64,000 nt of DNA from Chrysomallon squamiferum (taxonomy: Eukaryota > Animalia > Mollusca), in the NCBI GenBank assembly GCA_012295275.1, contig CM022679.1, forward strand, positions 10,354,001-10,418,000, given 5' to 3'. The position numbers and the translations under genes were made by a program. Under the pieces are notes generated by a model that had not been told where the DNA came from, searched no databases, and saw only the letters and a list, made by a program, of their open reading frames with translations. Positions 1 to 14,239 of the stretch are shown here, piece after piece. How positions within the stretch are numbered: the first letter of the stretch is position 1; each line of letters opens with the position of its first letter.

Positions 1-1096
1 TGATGAAGAATGCAGTTAAAGAAAGAAATGGGATTTTTCTATATCGCTGCATAGAGAGAGAAAGAAAGAAACAAAAATACATACACACACACACACACTC
101 ACAGACACACGCAAAAACACACACAAACATGTACACCTCAAAGAAACTGCACACACAAATTTTACAGGCAAACTTCCCTAGCTATTCCCTGTACATTTTT
201 CATTTCCAGATAAATAGCCTGTTCATTCCAAATCCCCAGGAGACCTCGCAGATATCTACCACATGTACTAACCTGTGTATCTAACACCACACAACACCAG
301 CCACAGAGCCAGTACCAGCATTTAGAACAAAGACTTTAAGTACCAAAGAGAAGTTTATATTAACAGATTCGTGTGTATTTACGATATTGCTGCTTTCTGG
401 GTTTATAATGACAAAGCTTGTCACATGGTACTACCACACAGTAGTTTGCAAGGTTTATTGGTGTTAAAATAATGAAGTTTTCAGATTTTGTTCATCGGTA
501 CACAGTTAGGATTTAGTGTATGTTGTATATTTGATTGTAAGAAAAAATAAATTATTTGAAAATTAATTTAAATATAATAATAAAATTTGTATTAATTATA
601 AATTTTAATTCATTAATAATTAACTGTGGTATAAATACACTGATCTAGCCATATTCATATTTCTTAAGAATGTTTTTCTTCAAACTTTATTAACTGCATA
701 CAGTATCAGAAAATAATATTTCAGAATCAGCCAGGCAGCTTTAGACAAAAGAAATGGGTCTAGCTGAGTAAATGATTTGCAGGATTAATTCCCTTAAGTG
801 TAATTCCTGTTACAGCCACTGCTCTTTGACCAGAACCTCCAAGAGAAATTTTGCAAAGTTGGCACAAGTCCCCTTTGGAGCCCCAAGGCAGGCAAATTTT
901 TTTCTCAAATTTGAGGATTTGATGTACAGTAAAATCTACATCTAAACTCTCATAAATGCTTTATATCCATTATCAGATATAACATAATGGAATAAAACAT
1001 ATTCAATTAATGCATGGTTGCTGTGGGTTCCTTCTTAGCTCTTGGGCCCTGGACATTGACTGGTGAAAAATTTCTAGCCATGCTTGAAATAGCCTA

Positions 1097-1258
1097 ATGT
1101 GATTTCTCATCTTTGGGAAAGGTATATAACAGATATCTTTTTGCTAGTCAAAAAAAAAAAAAAGAAAGAATAGCCTATTGCATGGCAGAACTTTCTTTCT
1201 TTAGCTGTATTGTCCTTGACCATTTGTGTGATCCCATTTAACCATAGAATGAAATATG
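1097..1258 (+). mobile_element. Degenerate Meta/MESC-type tRNA-derived SINE fragment
   Basis: ctttgggaaaggtatataacagatatctttttgctagtc...gaatagcc...gtccttgaccat...taaccatag resembles the family core (tgtgggatggtgcatataaaagatcccttgctgctaatc...gagtagccc) as recalled, and the other copies in the window. Confidence 0.5.
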
Positions 1259-2904
1259 CCTCTTTTTATTGTTATGGATGGTAAATATCTAAGAATCCAG
1301 ATTCTGTAATTTCATTATTCTCTTCTTATCCAAAAATTTACCTACTGAAATCAATACCAATAAGATTTCCTTTCACCTAACTTCAGTATCCATGCAACAA
1401 AAAAAAAAAAAAAAGGGCTTCCAGCTCATTGTTCCAGCTCTGTTGCCATGGTGATAATGACCTCTGAGACATTTTTTCTTCATTTGATGCTGTCTTATTG
1501 TTATTTGATATTTTATTCACTGTCATAAAAAGAAATGAATCTGTGTCTTCTTAAAAAAAAAAATTAAAAAGTATGAAAAAGGAAAATTTTGATTTCATTT
1601 TTTTTAAATGCTAATAGTTATTGATTCACTCATATACAGAAAATTTTAAAAGAATGCTGAAGTTTTTCAGTTACTGTTTGTAAATGTCAAACCAAATCTA
1701 AGTTAGGATGACAAAACCAGAATTTTTTTTTTTTTATTGTTAGGGACTTAAGCACCAAACAGAAACATGGATTCGAAGCCATACAGACACACACACACTG
1801 ACTGACTCACTTATAAATTCTAAATTTAGTTCAGTTCAGAACTTTGTCAACTGTAGTTATTAAAATAATAAAAATATCTAAGTAGAACAGAACCTACCAC
1901 TAATAATAACCTGAAAGGACTTTACCTACCGTAGATATTACTATAAATAATAACAAGAACTGATCTAGTACAGTTAATAAAATATAATAAAAACTACTAC
2001 AATGCCAACAACAATAATAATAATAACCAGAAATTACAAACTGACCTTTTAACCCTTTCACACCTAAAGACAACATTTTTTAGCATATTTTATTATCAAT
2101 CAGTAAGTGTTGTTGTTTTTTTTACCCCCCTGCACATACACACAAAAGAACACCAGTATCGAAGTATCTAAGAAAAGTGCTACCTGTCAAAACTATATTT
2201 CCACAGCTGTTGTTTGCACCCAACCAACAAACTGACCAATTATCAGCCTATGTTGGAACATTTGGCCAAACCATTTCAGTCACTTTTGGTCCATTATCTA
2301 TCATGGTGCCGTGAAACACCTAATGAAACATGTCTCACAGGTGTGCAGGCACTTACAACAACTCACATTTCCATCTGGACAGACAGACAGACAGACAGAC
2401 AGATAGATGTCTGAGAATTTAGCCCCGAAAAATATTCATTTATTATGTCAGTCATGGTATGTCTTGGTAGTCCAGTGTAAGAACAGAACTGTTACAGCTT
2501 GCATGATAAATCCAAGCTGTTTTTTCCAGTTCCAACAAATGTCCCATAATTCAAGTTATCAAAAGTTCTCACATGCACATCATAGAATATATTTGGATGC
2601 AAAACAATAACACCAATTATGATAATATCACATCCATATTTTGAAATGAAAGTCTTGGTTTTTAAGAATAATAGCATCATCAATGAAAACACAACAACAA
2701 CATTAACAGCAAAAACAAGAAGAAGAAGAAAAATATCAAGAAGAAAAGAAGAAATAAGAAAAGAAGAAGAGGGAAGAGAAAGAAATTAAGGCAAGAATAA
2801 AACCAAGAATAAAAGAAGGGAATTACCCTATTTCTAGTACCTGACGGAATTTTTATCAAGTGGTAAATTTTTATTATCTATTAACTGGACATTCATTCAT
2901 AAAC

Positions 2905-3080
2905 GTGTGGGTGGTCAAGATTGTAAAGTTTAAGGTCACGAACTTATTAAACACTCTGTTAACTGATGCTGCTGGTTCAAGTCCTGCTAATGTACACTTT
3001 GAACTTTTGTTACCTATCATGTGGTCAGTGATGGTTTTTTAACAAATGGTCTTCCTAAATAAATGGCATACATTAAATCT
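2905..3080 (+). mobile_element. Possible tRNA-derived SINE relic
   Basis: Box-B-like GGTTCAAGTCC near 2973, followed by an A-rich tail; no tRNA cloverleaf. Confidence 0.25.
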
Positions 3081-3907
3081 ATTTTATTATAAAAAAAAAT
3101 GAAAAAAAAAAAAAATTAAATAAAATTTAAAAATTAAAAACAAAAATAAACAAATAAAAATGTTGAAAATGGATAATAAGGAATTAATGTTAATTATTTA
3201 AAAATTTAAATATTGTATCTTGAGGGATGAACATGCCACATACTTATATATATATATATATACACAGTTGTGTTGGATTGGGAAATAATGTAAGGAATCA
3301 AAGGAAAATAAATGCTGTAATATATATATTCTTTTGGAAGAATTATTTATTAAGATAACTGATTATTACTAACTGAAATTGAATCTGAACTGTAGATATT
3401 TCTATACAGCTATTTAGTTTAACTTGTATAAATTGAACATTATGTTAAGGTAAATTTTAATCCCATTACACTGAAAAAAAAAAAATTTTTAAAAAAATTC
3501 ATATTATTTTCATACCTATTAGTTCAAATGTTTATATGAGCTTTGAAAAAGACTTAAAACTTAGACAAACAGAGGAGATAGAAGTTGTAAATCTCTGCAT
3601 GTTACAGAGAGTTAAAGGAAAGTAGGTTTTAGTTAGCCTAGTTAATTAAAACTGAAAAGAAGTAGTATCATGAAAAATGATCTGAACTCACAGAGCCCCA
3701 CAGAAATACTCCTAGTTCACAGCAGCTCTTTAATACATTTCCAGCAGACACCAATAATTGTATTTGCTGAATGGTACATCCACTTGCTTATTTCACTTCA
3801 TTATTCCTTTTAGCACACGGAAAGGAAGTAGTGTTAGTCACATCATGACAGTTTATACAGTAATAGGACGTGAACATGATAAAAAAAAAACAACCCAATG
3901 CAACAAT

Positions 3908-4120
3908 ACATCAGAAAATGGAATAGGGTAGCACAAAAATGGAATAGTATTGGTATATGAGATAATGGATTTGTGTATCAGAAAATGTGATAGTGCTGGT
4001 ATATGAGAAAATTCATCAATGTATCATAAAATGGAATACTATTGGTATATCAGAAAATGTAACAATGAATCACAAACTAGAATACTACATACATATCAGA
4101 AAATGAAACAGTGTATCATG
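3908..4120. repeat. Degenerate minisatellite with TATCAGAAAATG core
   Basis: Recurrent tatcagaaaatg / aaatggaata(g/c)tattggtata units. Confidence 0.6.
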
Positions 4121-5939
4121 GATTATACAGACATCACAAAACAGAACAGTATATCACAGCATTGAACAGTCTGTCACTAAGTGAACAGTTGAACATAAAA
4201 CTGGGCTTGTTTAATGTTAAGCTAATCTGTCCAGTAACATTATGGCCCACATTGTGCATCTTCATTTTGCACCCTATTACAGTAGTTTTATATAATATGA
4301 AGTGCAGATGTTGCAATGGGATAGACTAAGGTTAGGAATGAAAACATCTATTTGCTTACTTACAAAATCATAAGTTATGATTTGTAAGCACTAAAAGGAA
4401 CAAAAAATGTAATGTATTTGCAGTCTGATGGCTGAGATTTATATGAATATCAAGACAGCATTTACCAGTAGTATTTTGACGATGTATAAATTTGAATGAA
4501 TAAATAAACCAGATGTAATTTATTCATGAATAATAAGTGTCTGATTCACTAATGTCAAGACAGTATTTTAGCAATTGCATCTTATTTGTTTTTAACTAGC
4601 CAAGATAAATCAGTGTTAAAATACTGTGTCAGGACAGCATTTACCAAATCAGTACACCAACATATCAGAAAAGGTCTGGTACTGTGCGTTTTCTAAATGT
4701 CATGCATTCTGTTTAATAATGTATACAGTGATATTATCAGACTCCAAGCAATGACTGTATCTTCAGGATATTTCTTATCATTAGGGAAAGAAGAACAGGG
4801 TTTATTCCACAAATAGCGTGGTGCATTATTTAAATGTGGGGTCAGTGAGTGTTAAACATATGGTTAATGTGACATTTAGTTTCACATTGGAAAATGTCAT
4901 ATAACATCTTTTACATTGTTTGTTTTTGAATAAATCAAAACAAAACTTCGAAATCTTTCAAAATAAGAATAAAAGTAAATTAAACAAATCCATTAACTTT
5001 AAAAAAAAAAAAAAAAAAAAAACCACAAACAAATAAAAATAATTCTTGTTTTTTCCTTTTATTCTGCATCTTCATCTTTGACTTTTAAATGATGAGAATA
5101 TGAAAAAAAAAAAAAAAAATAAAATAAAAGATTAGTCAAAAATAGAGAAATGCCAATATCAAAAGACGTTTCAAAAGATTAAAAGATCTTTTCTTGTGCT
5201 GATAGTTATTAATGCGGCTGACGTATATGTAGACTAATTTGTGTCTCAAGACCTCGGCATTAGAGTAATGACATACACTTGATCACAGACAATTCCCCCA
5301 GCTCCACGTTGCATCAGTTGCCAGGTGCCTGTAATGCTGTAATTATGACGTCATCACGAAGAAAACAGCATGCACATGGCTGATAAAAATTACCATCAAA
5401 TCGAATCTCGGCAACCGACTGACCCAAAGATTCTTAATTTAGATTTTATTTTTAAATAACTGGATGGGGAAGGTGGGGAAGTGAGGGAAGGGGAGGGAGG
5501 AAAGGAGAGAGAGATAGAGACAAACAGACAGACAAAAAGAGAGAAACAGAGAAAGAAATAAAGAGAGTCAGAGCTAAGCAGAAAGTTAAAGGTAACAGTC
5601 ATAGAAAAAAGAAAAACTAAATGGACAGAGAAAGTCACAGATAGGAAGACAGAGATTGACTGGGAAAGTGACAGAGACAGACTGATAAATAAAAGATACA
5701 GGGAAAAAGAATGGGAGATCACTGATAAAGAGATGAGGGGAAAAAAAAAAAAAAAATGAAAAGCAAGGAACAGTTCGATCTTAACTTAAAAATAATTAAT
5801 CTTACACGTGTGATAAACTTTATCCTGCTCTGGCATCAATCATTTGAAAAAAAAAAAAAAAAAGATAAAAAAAAAAAAAAAAAAAAAAAAAAAACACCCC
5901 ATGAATTTCAAATTAAAAATAAGTAAATAAATAAGTAAG

Positions 5940-5972
<33 letters not shown>

Positions 5973-7340
5973 ATATAATAAATATATAAATAAATAAATA
6001 AACAATTAAATAAATAAATAAACAAACAAATAAACAAAAAAAATAAATAAATTAAATAAATAAATAAATAAACACTTAAATAAATAAAAATAAAAAAAAA
6101 AAAAAAAAAAAATAAAAAACAGAACATTCCTAGAACAGAAGAAAGCCACGTTTCAGCCAGTGTATTCAAGTATGTTATTGCAAAGGCTCAATTCTTTGAT
6201 ACCATTTCTTCAGACAGCAATGCCTACTACAAAGAACATTCTGAAGGAAATGTGTTTACATAAACTCAGTAAATCACTGGCTATATTGCACACAAGTAGA
6301 CATCCAGTTGTTAATACCTGCCATCATTGCAAAGAGAAAGAAAGAAAGAAAAAAAAAAAAATTAAAAAAATATATACATATAAAAAAGGTAACTATTTTA
6401 TTATTTTAACAACTTGGAGTTTTCCATGAAGGTCAGTCCCTGTGGAGAAATAATAAAAATAAATTTAGTTTTTCATTGATGTGTGTAAAAAAAAAATTCT
6501 TGCTGCTGGTTTGTAATCACCATTGCAAGTTTCTTTTCATGTATGTCAAAAGTGTTTTTAATTTTTTTGTTTTGGGATGGTTTTGTTTTTAAAAGATCTT
6601 CAGAAAACAATAAAAGAAAACAATAATAATAATATAATTTAAGTTATTAAAATCGTAATATTTTATGGATAATATAAAATGAGATAAAAAAAGAATTTAA
6701 TATAAGCACACAATATATATATAAATTACTATAAATAAATAAATAAATAAATAAAATAATAAAAATAAATAAATAAATAAAATAAATAAATAAACAAAGA
6801 AATAAATAAATTACAACAGAATATATTAAATATAAATTTATTTTTAAGATTTGGTTAGAATTTCCACAGAATAATAAAAAAAAATAAATCACAATTTGCA
6901 AGCACTAAAAAAATAAAAAATAAAAAAAATCAATTCAACATTACATAAGATTCAATGAAATATTCCTGCTGTCTTTCTAAGCTGGTTTATCAAATTATGG
7001 AAATGAGACAGAAACCATGTTTTATTTCTTTACAAGAACTGAAGCAAATTACAATCAATACAATTATCTAAACTGACACACTTCAAGAAAAGCATAAAAA
7101 AAAAAAAAAAATCATATACATAATAATAAGATCCAAGCTTAATCAAATTCCTTTTGATTTCAGAAATCGGTAAATTATAACTGTTATTATAATTTTATTT
7201 AGGAAATTATTGAGAAGAAATAATTATGACTGAACTGAACTTTATTTACACTCAGGCTGTAATCTACAGTACATGAGGAGGATACACACTGTGTATTAGT
7301 TTTGATGTTTTAATTATTTCAGAAAATAGCAAATACAGTA

Positions 7341-7577
7341 TATGACATCATTGCTATTATAGTTGAATCATAGACTATGTCATTTCAGACATCAGCTATA
7401 TTAATGTATGACCTCATAACAACACTATGACATCATTGTTACTATAGTTGAATCATATGCTATGTCATTGCAGACATAGCTATAGTAATGTATGACCTCA
7501 TAACAATACTATGACCTCATAACAAAACTATGACCTCATAACAAAACTATGACCTCATAACAACACTATGACATCAC
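7341..7577. repeat. Compound minisatellite: two ~85-bp units plus 19-bp TATGACCTCATAACAAAAC repeats
   Basis: Units start at 7341 and 7426; 19-bp period at 7491, 7510, 7529, 7548, 7567. Confidence 0.85.
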
Positions 7578-8527
7578 TGGTGTAGTTTTCAAGACATCTT
7601 AGTCAAAGGCTAGCTTAACATAGAAATCAGCAATGCCTCTGTCATAACACTTTTAATGTGAGAACTGCAAGTCATTCCATTCTGGAAACAGCATTCAAAA
7701 CATTCGTTCTCATATTAATAATCATTTTCATATCAGTTACAGACTAAACCGTTTTAAAACATAACAATGACAGGCTGTCTGAATTATAGATTGGACCGTT
7801 TCAGAAACTAGAAATTACTCCACATGAAATCATTATTGCAACAGTTCTGTTGTCTGAATCACAGGGTATATTATTTCATATAATGCAATCATAACACCTG
7901 ATATCATTATTATGAAAGGTTTTAAGAATGAATCACAGACTATATCATTTCAGACTCGGTAATCAATACCCATGACACCACAGTTATAGTAATGGTGATG
8001 TCTGAATTGTAGTTTACACAATTTTGGCAAATTAAATTATGATAATTCGTTGTTTTTGTAAGATTTTATTTAGTTAAAAATACATTGTCCTGGTTGTTTG
8101 ATCAAAATTCATGTTCATTCCAAATTACATTATAATCAAAACAATACTTTACATTAGCAAAGATAGCAACATAAAGATGGATATACTGATTTATTTGTCT
8201 AAATTCTCCTGTTATTCTTTTTGTTATTACTGGTATTAATACTGTTATTATTAGTAGTAGTAGAAGTAGTAATAGTAGTAGCAGCAGTATCAGCATCAGC
8301 AGCAGTAGCCGCAGTAGTAGTAGTAATTGTAGTAGTGGTAGCAGCAGAAACTGAGTTATAAAAGGAAAATGTAAACATTAGCCAAGTTCTGCTAATAGTC
8401 TTATGCAACGATTATTAATTATTAATATATATATATTACATTCACAAACAGAACCATATATGAGGCACAGAAACATATGCAACTGAAAAACAAACATGAA
8501 TAGAAACACGAATCTATACTAATCACA

Positions 8528-8564
<37 letters not shown>

Positions 8565-9161
8565 ACAAACATTCACATGCACACATCCATAAACAGAAAC
8601 ATTCATCCACAAACACATCACAAACAAACACACACACACACACACACAAAACATGGATACACAACAAAACTAATCTCATTTTCCACATTCAAAATTCTCC
8701 TCTCAGTGACAATTAGCTCTAAACAAGCATGTCGTACGTCATGTGAGGAGAATCTGATCCTTCCATTGAAATCGCTGACTGACATTTCAACAAGAAAGTG
8801 GGAGCTGCTGCCTCAGTGATTAAACATGCTACAGGAATTCCACTTAACAATGTCGTCCAAGATGTTATTAATTAATTTCCCTGGACGTTTTCATCAGGCA
8901 GATTTGACATGGATTATAGCACTCTGATACTCACCCTTGACAATCGCAGAGTTTCCAGGTCATTGTGATCAGATTGTAAACTTCGGTGTAAAGTCTAATT
9001 GAAATGTAAATGTCCTTCCTGGTCTTGGTTGCTCTAAGAAGCAAAGCATTTGTGTTGGAGAGTGAAAATGTTTTTGATTTTGGTTTCATGGTGGCTGATG
9101 GGGAAAAAAAAAAAGAAGAGGAATGTGAGATATGTGTGCAGTGGATTATTGTCAAGTGAAA

Positions 9162-9206
9162 TGCATGTTTATTGTTTGCATGTTTATTGTTTGCATGTTT
9201 ATTGTT
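9162..9206. repeat. 15-bp tandem repeat x3 (TGCATGTTTATTGTT)
   Basis: Directly visible. Confidence 0.85.
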
Positions 9207-10019
9207 TTGTTTTCCTTTTTAGAAATATTTTTATTGTTTCAGTTTCATTACAGTTACCATCATCATTACCACAATTATTATAATAGATATAAACTTCATT
9301 TAGCATTGTTTTTTAAACCTAAAAACTTAGTAATTATTACAAGTTTTGTTCACCACTGTTTTTTAAACCACAAACATCTAATAAATAACACACACAAATA
9401 TCCTCACTGACTGAATTAAACAACATCTCTTTTAAGGTTTTAAATTTCAATTTTTTTTTTTCTCTTATCTTAAGACTCTTGCTTATCTACTTAATACCAG
9501 TGCACAAAGCCATATTCTGTTTCCTTTGCTATCTGCAGGTATAATGGTGGAAGAAATTATGTCTGTCTGTGCTAATGGCAACTATGCTGTTGATTCAAGA
9601 GGTCTGCCTGAAACTAAAGCATCTTGGCCAATAATGAAGCAGAGAAGATGGTTGAGAGATTTTTTCAAGTATCTCTCGCTGTCATTCCTCTTCTAATCAA
9701 GATTAATTAACATTTTCATTCTTCTGTCCCTATTTATTAGCTGAAGGAGGTTTTCTTTAAAAGGTTGAGGTTTTTCCCTCCTAGCTTACCTCTGCTGTGT
9801 TTGTTATACAGAAAGGTAAATAAAAATATGTGTAAATATAAATATATTTTTAGAAGTGAACTTGAATGCATCTTAATTTATTTTGTTCAGTGCACATTCT
9901 GATAATCTTTTTTTTTTTTTTTTTTTTTTTGTTAAATTTTGTTTTCCCTTTTATTGTACAAATTCAGTGATTCCAAAAAAAATAAAAAAAATGAAATCAA
10001 ATGAAAACTGAACAGTATT

Positions 10020-10780
10020 TAGATCTCACTGGTACCATCCATAACTTCTTAATATATTTTGTCTTATAGAGTGTTTTATATAAATGATATTATACCAGTG
10101 CTTTGTTTTTGTTGATTATACAGCTGATTATAACTCCATTTTGATGTGATACCAATGCACCTAAATTTGTTTCATCTAAAAATATATCTTGTACAAAATC
10201 AAGGCTGATTAATAGCAACAAATCTTATTTTCTCAAGTACATCATCTAAGTGAATCTTGTCCAGTTTGATACCAATGTAGCATAACTTATTTCCTTAACG
10301 TTACATGTGATACCAGTCTTAACTTCTTTTTTTAACTGAATAGATATCTATCTTTAAATAAATTTTGTCTGATATGATACCAAAGTCTTAACTTGCTTTC
10401 TCAAGCATACAAATCTTCTCTTATAAGATGCCAATGTCTTAACTTATTTCATTGATTATACATCTTCTTTACATAAACCTTTGATGTGATAGTAATATCT
10501 TAACATTTTATTTACTGAGTAAACATCTTTTTTTTTACAAAAATCTCCTCTGATGTGTTACCAGTATCTTAACTATTTAACTGAATACACATCTTTTTCA
10601 CATAAATCCCTTTTTTTTCTTTTTTTTTTTTTTTGATGTCATTCTAATGAATTAACTTTTTGTGTCAAGTATACATCTTTGTTGCATAAATCTTTTCCTG
10701 ATGTCATTCGGAAGTCTTGACTTTTTTGCATCGAGTATACATTTTCTGATATAAATCATTTCTGATCAAAATCTTCTTTG
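10020..10780. repeat. Old degenerate ~60-bp minisatellite
   Basis: Recurrent gatgtgataccaatgtcttaactt...atacatct...taaatc motifs. Confidence 0.6.
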
Positions 10781-11350
10781 ATGTATGTATTCACTGACAC
10801 ATGCCACTTCAGACCAGACAATGGCAAAATATAAGAGATGAGATGATAATTTTATAAGTACTGGTTCCGTCAGGCTTGGTGCTAAAAAGGAGGCAATTTC
10901 TGATCATTTAGTAAATTGAATTCATGGTTAATGCCAACACTGTAGAATGTTTTGGCTGCAATCTAGGGTAACCAAACAAGACGAATGGCATGACAAAAAG
11001 TGGAAAGATTATGGCTCTGTGGTCATTTCTGGACATGAATTATGATGAATGTCCTGGTGGTCAGTGGTGGAAAATTGTTTGACATGGATAATAGTGATTT
11101 TACATCAGATTGTGGTTTAATCTGTCGCTGTATTATGCTGAGTTTTTTTTGTTTTTTTTTTTTCTTTTTTTTTAGTTTTATTTTCTTTTTTCTTTTTGTT
11201 TTGCTTGTTATTTTTTTGTATGTTTTTTTTTTACATTTTTTATATTTTAATTGTTTTGTATATGGTACATCAAAATGTTTTGTATTTTCTCCTGATTTTT
11301 AAATTACATTGTGGTTTATATTTTAATTGTGATGCATTGTATATGTGTAT

Positions 11351-11416
11351 GCCTAGCAGTTTTGTGTTGTGATGAAGAGGAGAAATCAATGTTGTAATGT
11401 CAGTATGTACAGAATG
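11351..11416 (+). repeat. 66-bp dispersed direct repeat, copy 1 (copy 2 at 14826-14891)
   Basis: gcctagcagttttgtgttgtgatgaagaggagaaatcaatg...tgtacagaatg, 2 mismatches between copies. Confidence 0.9.
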
Positions 11417-12539
11417 ATAGTAAAGATGAAAAACATGATAATAATGATGACAGAAATAATGATAATGACAATGATGATAATAAAGACGATAAAGGTAATA
11501 GTAATAAAGATAATAATAAAGATGAAGATGATAATGTAACAATCATGAGATAAATAAAAAAAAAAAAACAACAACAATAGTAATAATAATAAAGAAGATA
11601 AAAAGAATGAAAAACAGAATCTGAATGGGCCAAACAAATGAATTTAATATGCTAATGATATGAAAGTGGAAAACCACAGCTGCTTTCATTAATAAAGGAA
11701 GTAAAAAAGGGAAAAGAGAAACAAAAAATAGAAATTTCCTGTAACATTAGATGTTTTGCTAACATTATACAAGATGACAAATTTAGTTTGGTTTTTTTTT
11801 CCTTTTCGTTTTTTGTCAACATAAAACACTAAATGTCTTTTTGAGACGATAAACTGCAGGTGGTTCAACATTCAGACTGGAACACTATATCAATGAGAAA
11901 CTTTTTAAACACAAGTTAAAGTTATAACCAGTAAATCTGCCACGGACAAACAAAGCAAGATTGATATGTATTTTATGACTTAACAAAATATTCCAAAATG
12001 TCTTTCAAACTCTTACGGACAATTGAACTAAAGCTCAGAATGTTTTAGCTGTGAACTTAAAAATAAAAAAAAAAAAAAATAAAGAAAGAAAAAAGAAAAA
12101 AAGAAAGAAAAAAAAAAAAAAAAAAAGAAAAAAAAATAAAAACAATAAAAAAAAAAAACAAAAAATGTTTTAAATATTTAGTGGTGAGATAGGTATGTGT
12201 TTACAGTTTTTATTATTTGTCATTACTAAAACATTCAGACCAATTCACAATGTTTATCTGTACAATGAAAACCAGAGAATTTCATGCACAGGTAACATGC
12301 AATGTGACACAATCAAAGTTATTAGGACCAGATGCTACACACATGCATATTATAATCAGCTGTGTAATGTTTAGCACAGTTTCCATTATTATCATTTTCC
12401 ATAACTTTATATGAATGAATAACCGAATAATCAGTAAGTCATACATTAAAAACGTGTTTCACAACACATTAATATATATTTTTATGGATGGGTTATTAAA
12501 TACCATAACCAGTATTTTTTTTTTTTTCAATGCTATATG

Positions 12540-12680
12540 AAAAGCAATCCACTGAAAGGACTACTCTTTTCAGAAAGCAACAAGGAATCTGTCATACATC
12601 ACATCTTAGGGACAAAAGAGATTATAATCGTAATATTTGATGAAGCTTTCATGAGACACGGGTTAGAATGGGAATAAGAC
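12540..12680 (-). mobile_element. Degenerate Meta/MESC-type SINE fragment
   Basis: ctactcttttcagaaagcaacaaggaatct...tttgatgaag...ggttagaatgggaat aligns with the other minus-strand copies. Confidence 0.45.
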
Positions 12681-12802
12681 TTTTTTCAATGCATTCAAGA
12701 TGCATGCATTATGGATTATATGACCATCATGGTTCAGGCAAGTACTGTAACCACTGAACCTACAACTATTTATGTTATTTCACATCCATAGCTGCATTCA
12801 GT

Positions 12803-12890
12803 TAATGGGCTACTCTTTTTCAGCTAGCAGGAAAGTGTCTGTTATAAACACCTTCCCATAGGTGTGAAATCACGCAATATAATCTTTTGC
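12803..12890 (-). mobile_element. Degenerate Meta/MESC-type SINE fragment
   Basis: atgggctactctttttcagctagcaggaaagtgtctgttataaacaccttcccatag core. Confidence 0.55.
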
Positions 12891-13511
12891 TAAATAACAT
12901 ATTTTCAAGATGTGTGAACATTTATTTCTTTGTAAAGTAAAGGGTTATAAAAATAATGAAAAACGTATCCATAACACCAAGAACAAACAAACAAATGTTC
13001 AAGGCAGTCTTCACAAACTGATAAACAATCTTGATAAATATATCATGGTTTCTGTCAAAACAGAATAAACTTAGTGTTTTCTGTATGTTCTTTTAACATT
13101 TTATTTCAGATAGAATTTTTATGGTATATTAATTGTTCTTGTCATAAAGCATAACCAAAATAAAATAAAAACAGTACCAGAACATGAAGAATTAAAATAA
13201 AAATAAAATAAAAAGAACAAAAAATTACTGAAAACTAAAGAAAAAAAAAAAAAAAACCTGGATAGTGATCATAAAAGAAGAAAGAAACAAATAAAATATT
13301 AAATTTCATAGATAATGCTTCAGCTAGACCATAAAATAGACAAAAAGTATAGATTACTTTATCTAACCATTTATTTTGTGTAAGACGTCTGCCATCATTA
13401 CTTCTACAGTTACTTTTACATCTTCTAAAGATTTTTTTTAGTTTACATAACATTCAAAAGACACATCATGTTTTTTAATCATAAGGCAAACTGATTTAGA
13501 AAAATGGTTGT

Positions 13512-13760
13512 GCACACAATCCTATACACCTACAGTTGTAACTAACAGACCTTTGTGACCTAAAAGCACACAATCCTATACACCTAGTTATAACTAACAG
13601 ACCTTTGTAACCTAAAAGCACAATCCTATACACCTACAGTTGTAACTAACAGACCTTTGTGACCTAAAAGCACACAATCCTATACACCTACAGTTGTAAC
13701 TAACAGACCTTTGTGACGTAAAAGCACACAATCCTATATATCTACAGTTATAACTAATAG
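13512..13760. repeat. 52-54-bp minisatellite, about 4.7 copies
   Basis: gcacacaatcctatacacctacagttgtaactaacagacctttgtgacctaaaa units start at 13512, 13566, 13618, 13670, 13724. Confidence 0.92.
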
Positions 13761-13943
13761 AACTAGTTTTAACAATCTTAGGATTGGTAAAATCACTCAG
13801 AATGTCTTCATTTAGTTAATTTTTTCTTATGTGTATTGTGAACAGAACCAGTGATTGGATTTCTGCAGAAACTGTTAAATATGCTTTGTTACATTATTGA
13901 TCAGTTATATGGATACGGCTTATTACATACTCAAATATTTGTG

Positions 13944-13991
<48 letters not shown>

Positions 13992-14239
13992 TTATGTATA
14001 TATATATATGTGTGTTTCTGTGTTATAGATGTGTGTGTATATAAATTTCTATGCCTGTGTACATATGAGTATGCTCCTCTACAGAAAAACATAAGCAGAT
14101 GACACCCATAACAGACCTATGCAGAGATCTTTAACAAACAAAATTTGTCCCCCATTTCTTACCAAACATACACCACTTTACCAAAGCCTCATCAGTCAAG
14201 TTTATTTCCCATTTCCATTCATCTGTCCATCATTTTATT

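Noticed and set aside
13512-13760. CRISPR-like appearance of the regular repeats here and at 53833-54042 and 58944-59206
   Set aside because: Head-to-tail units without unique spacers, eukaryotic context, no cas genes.
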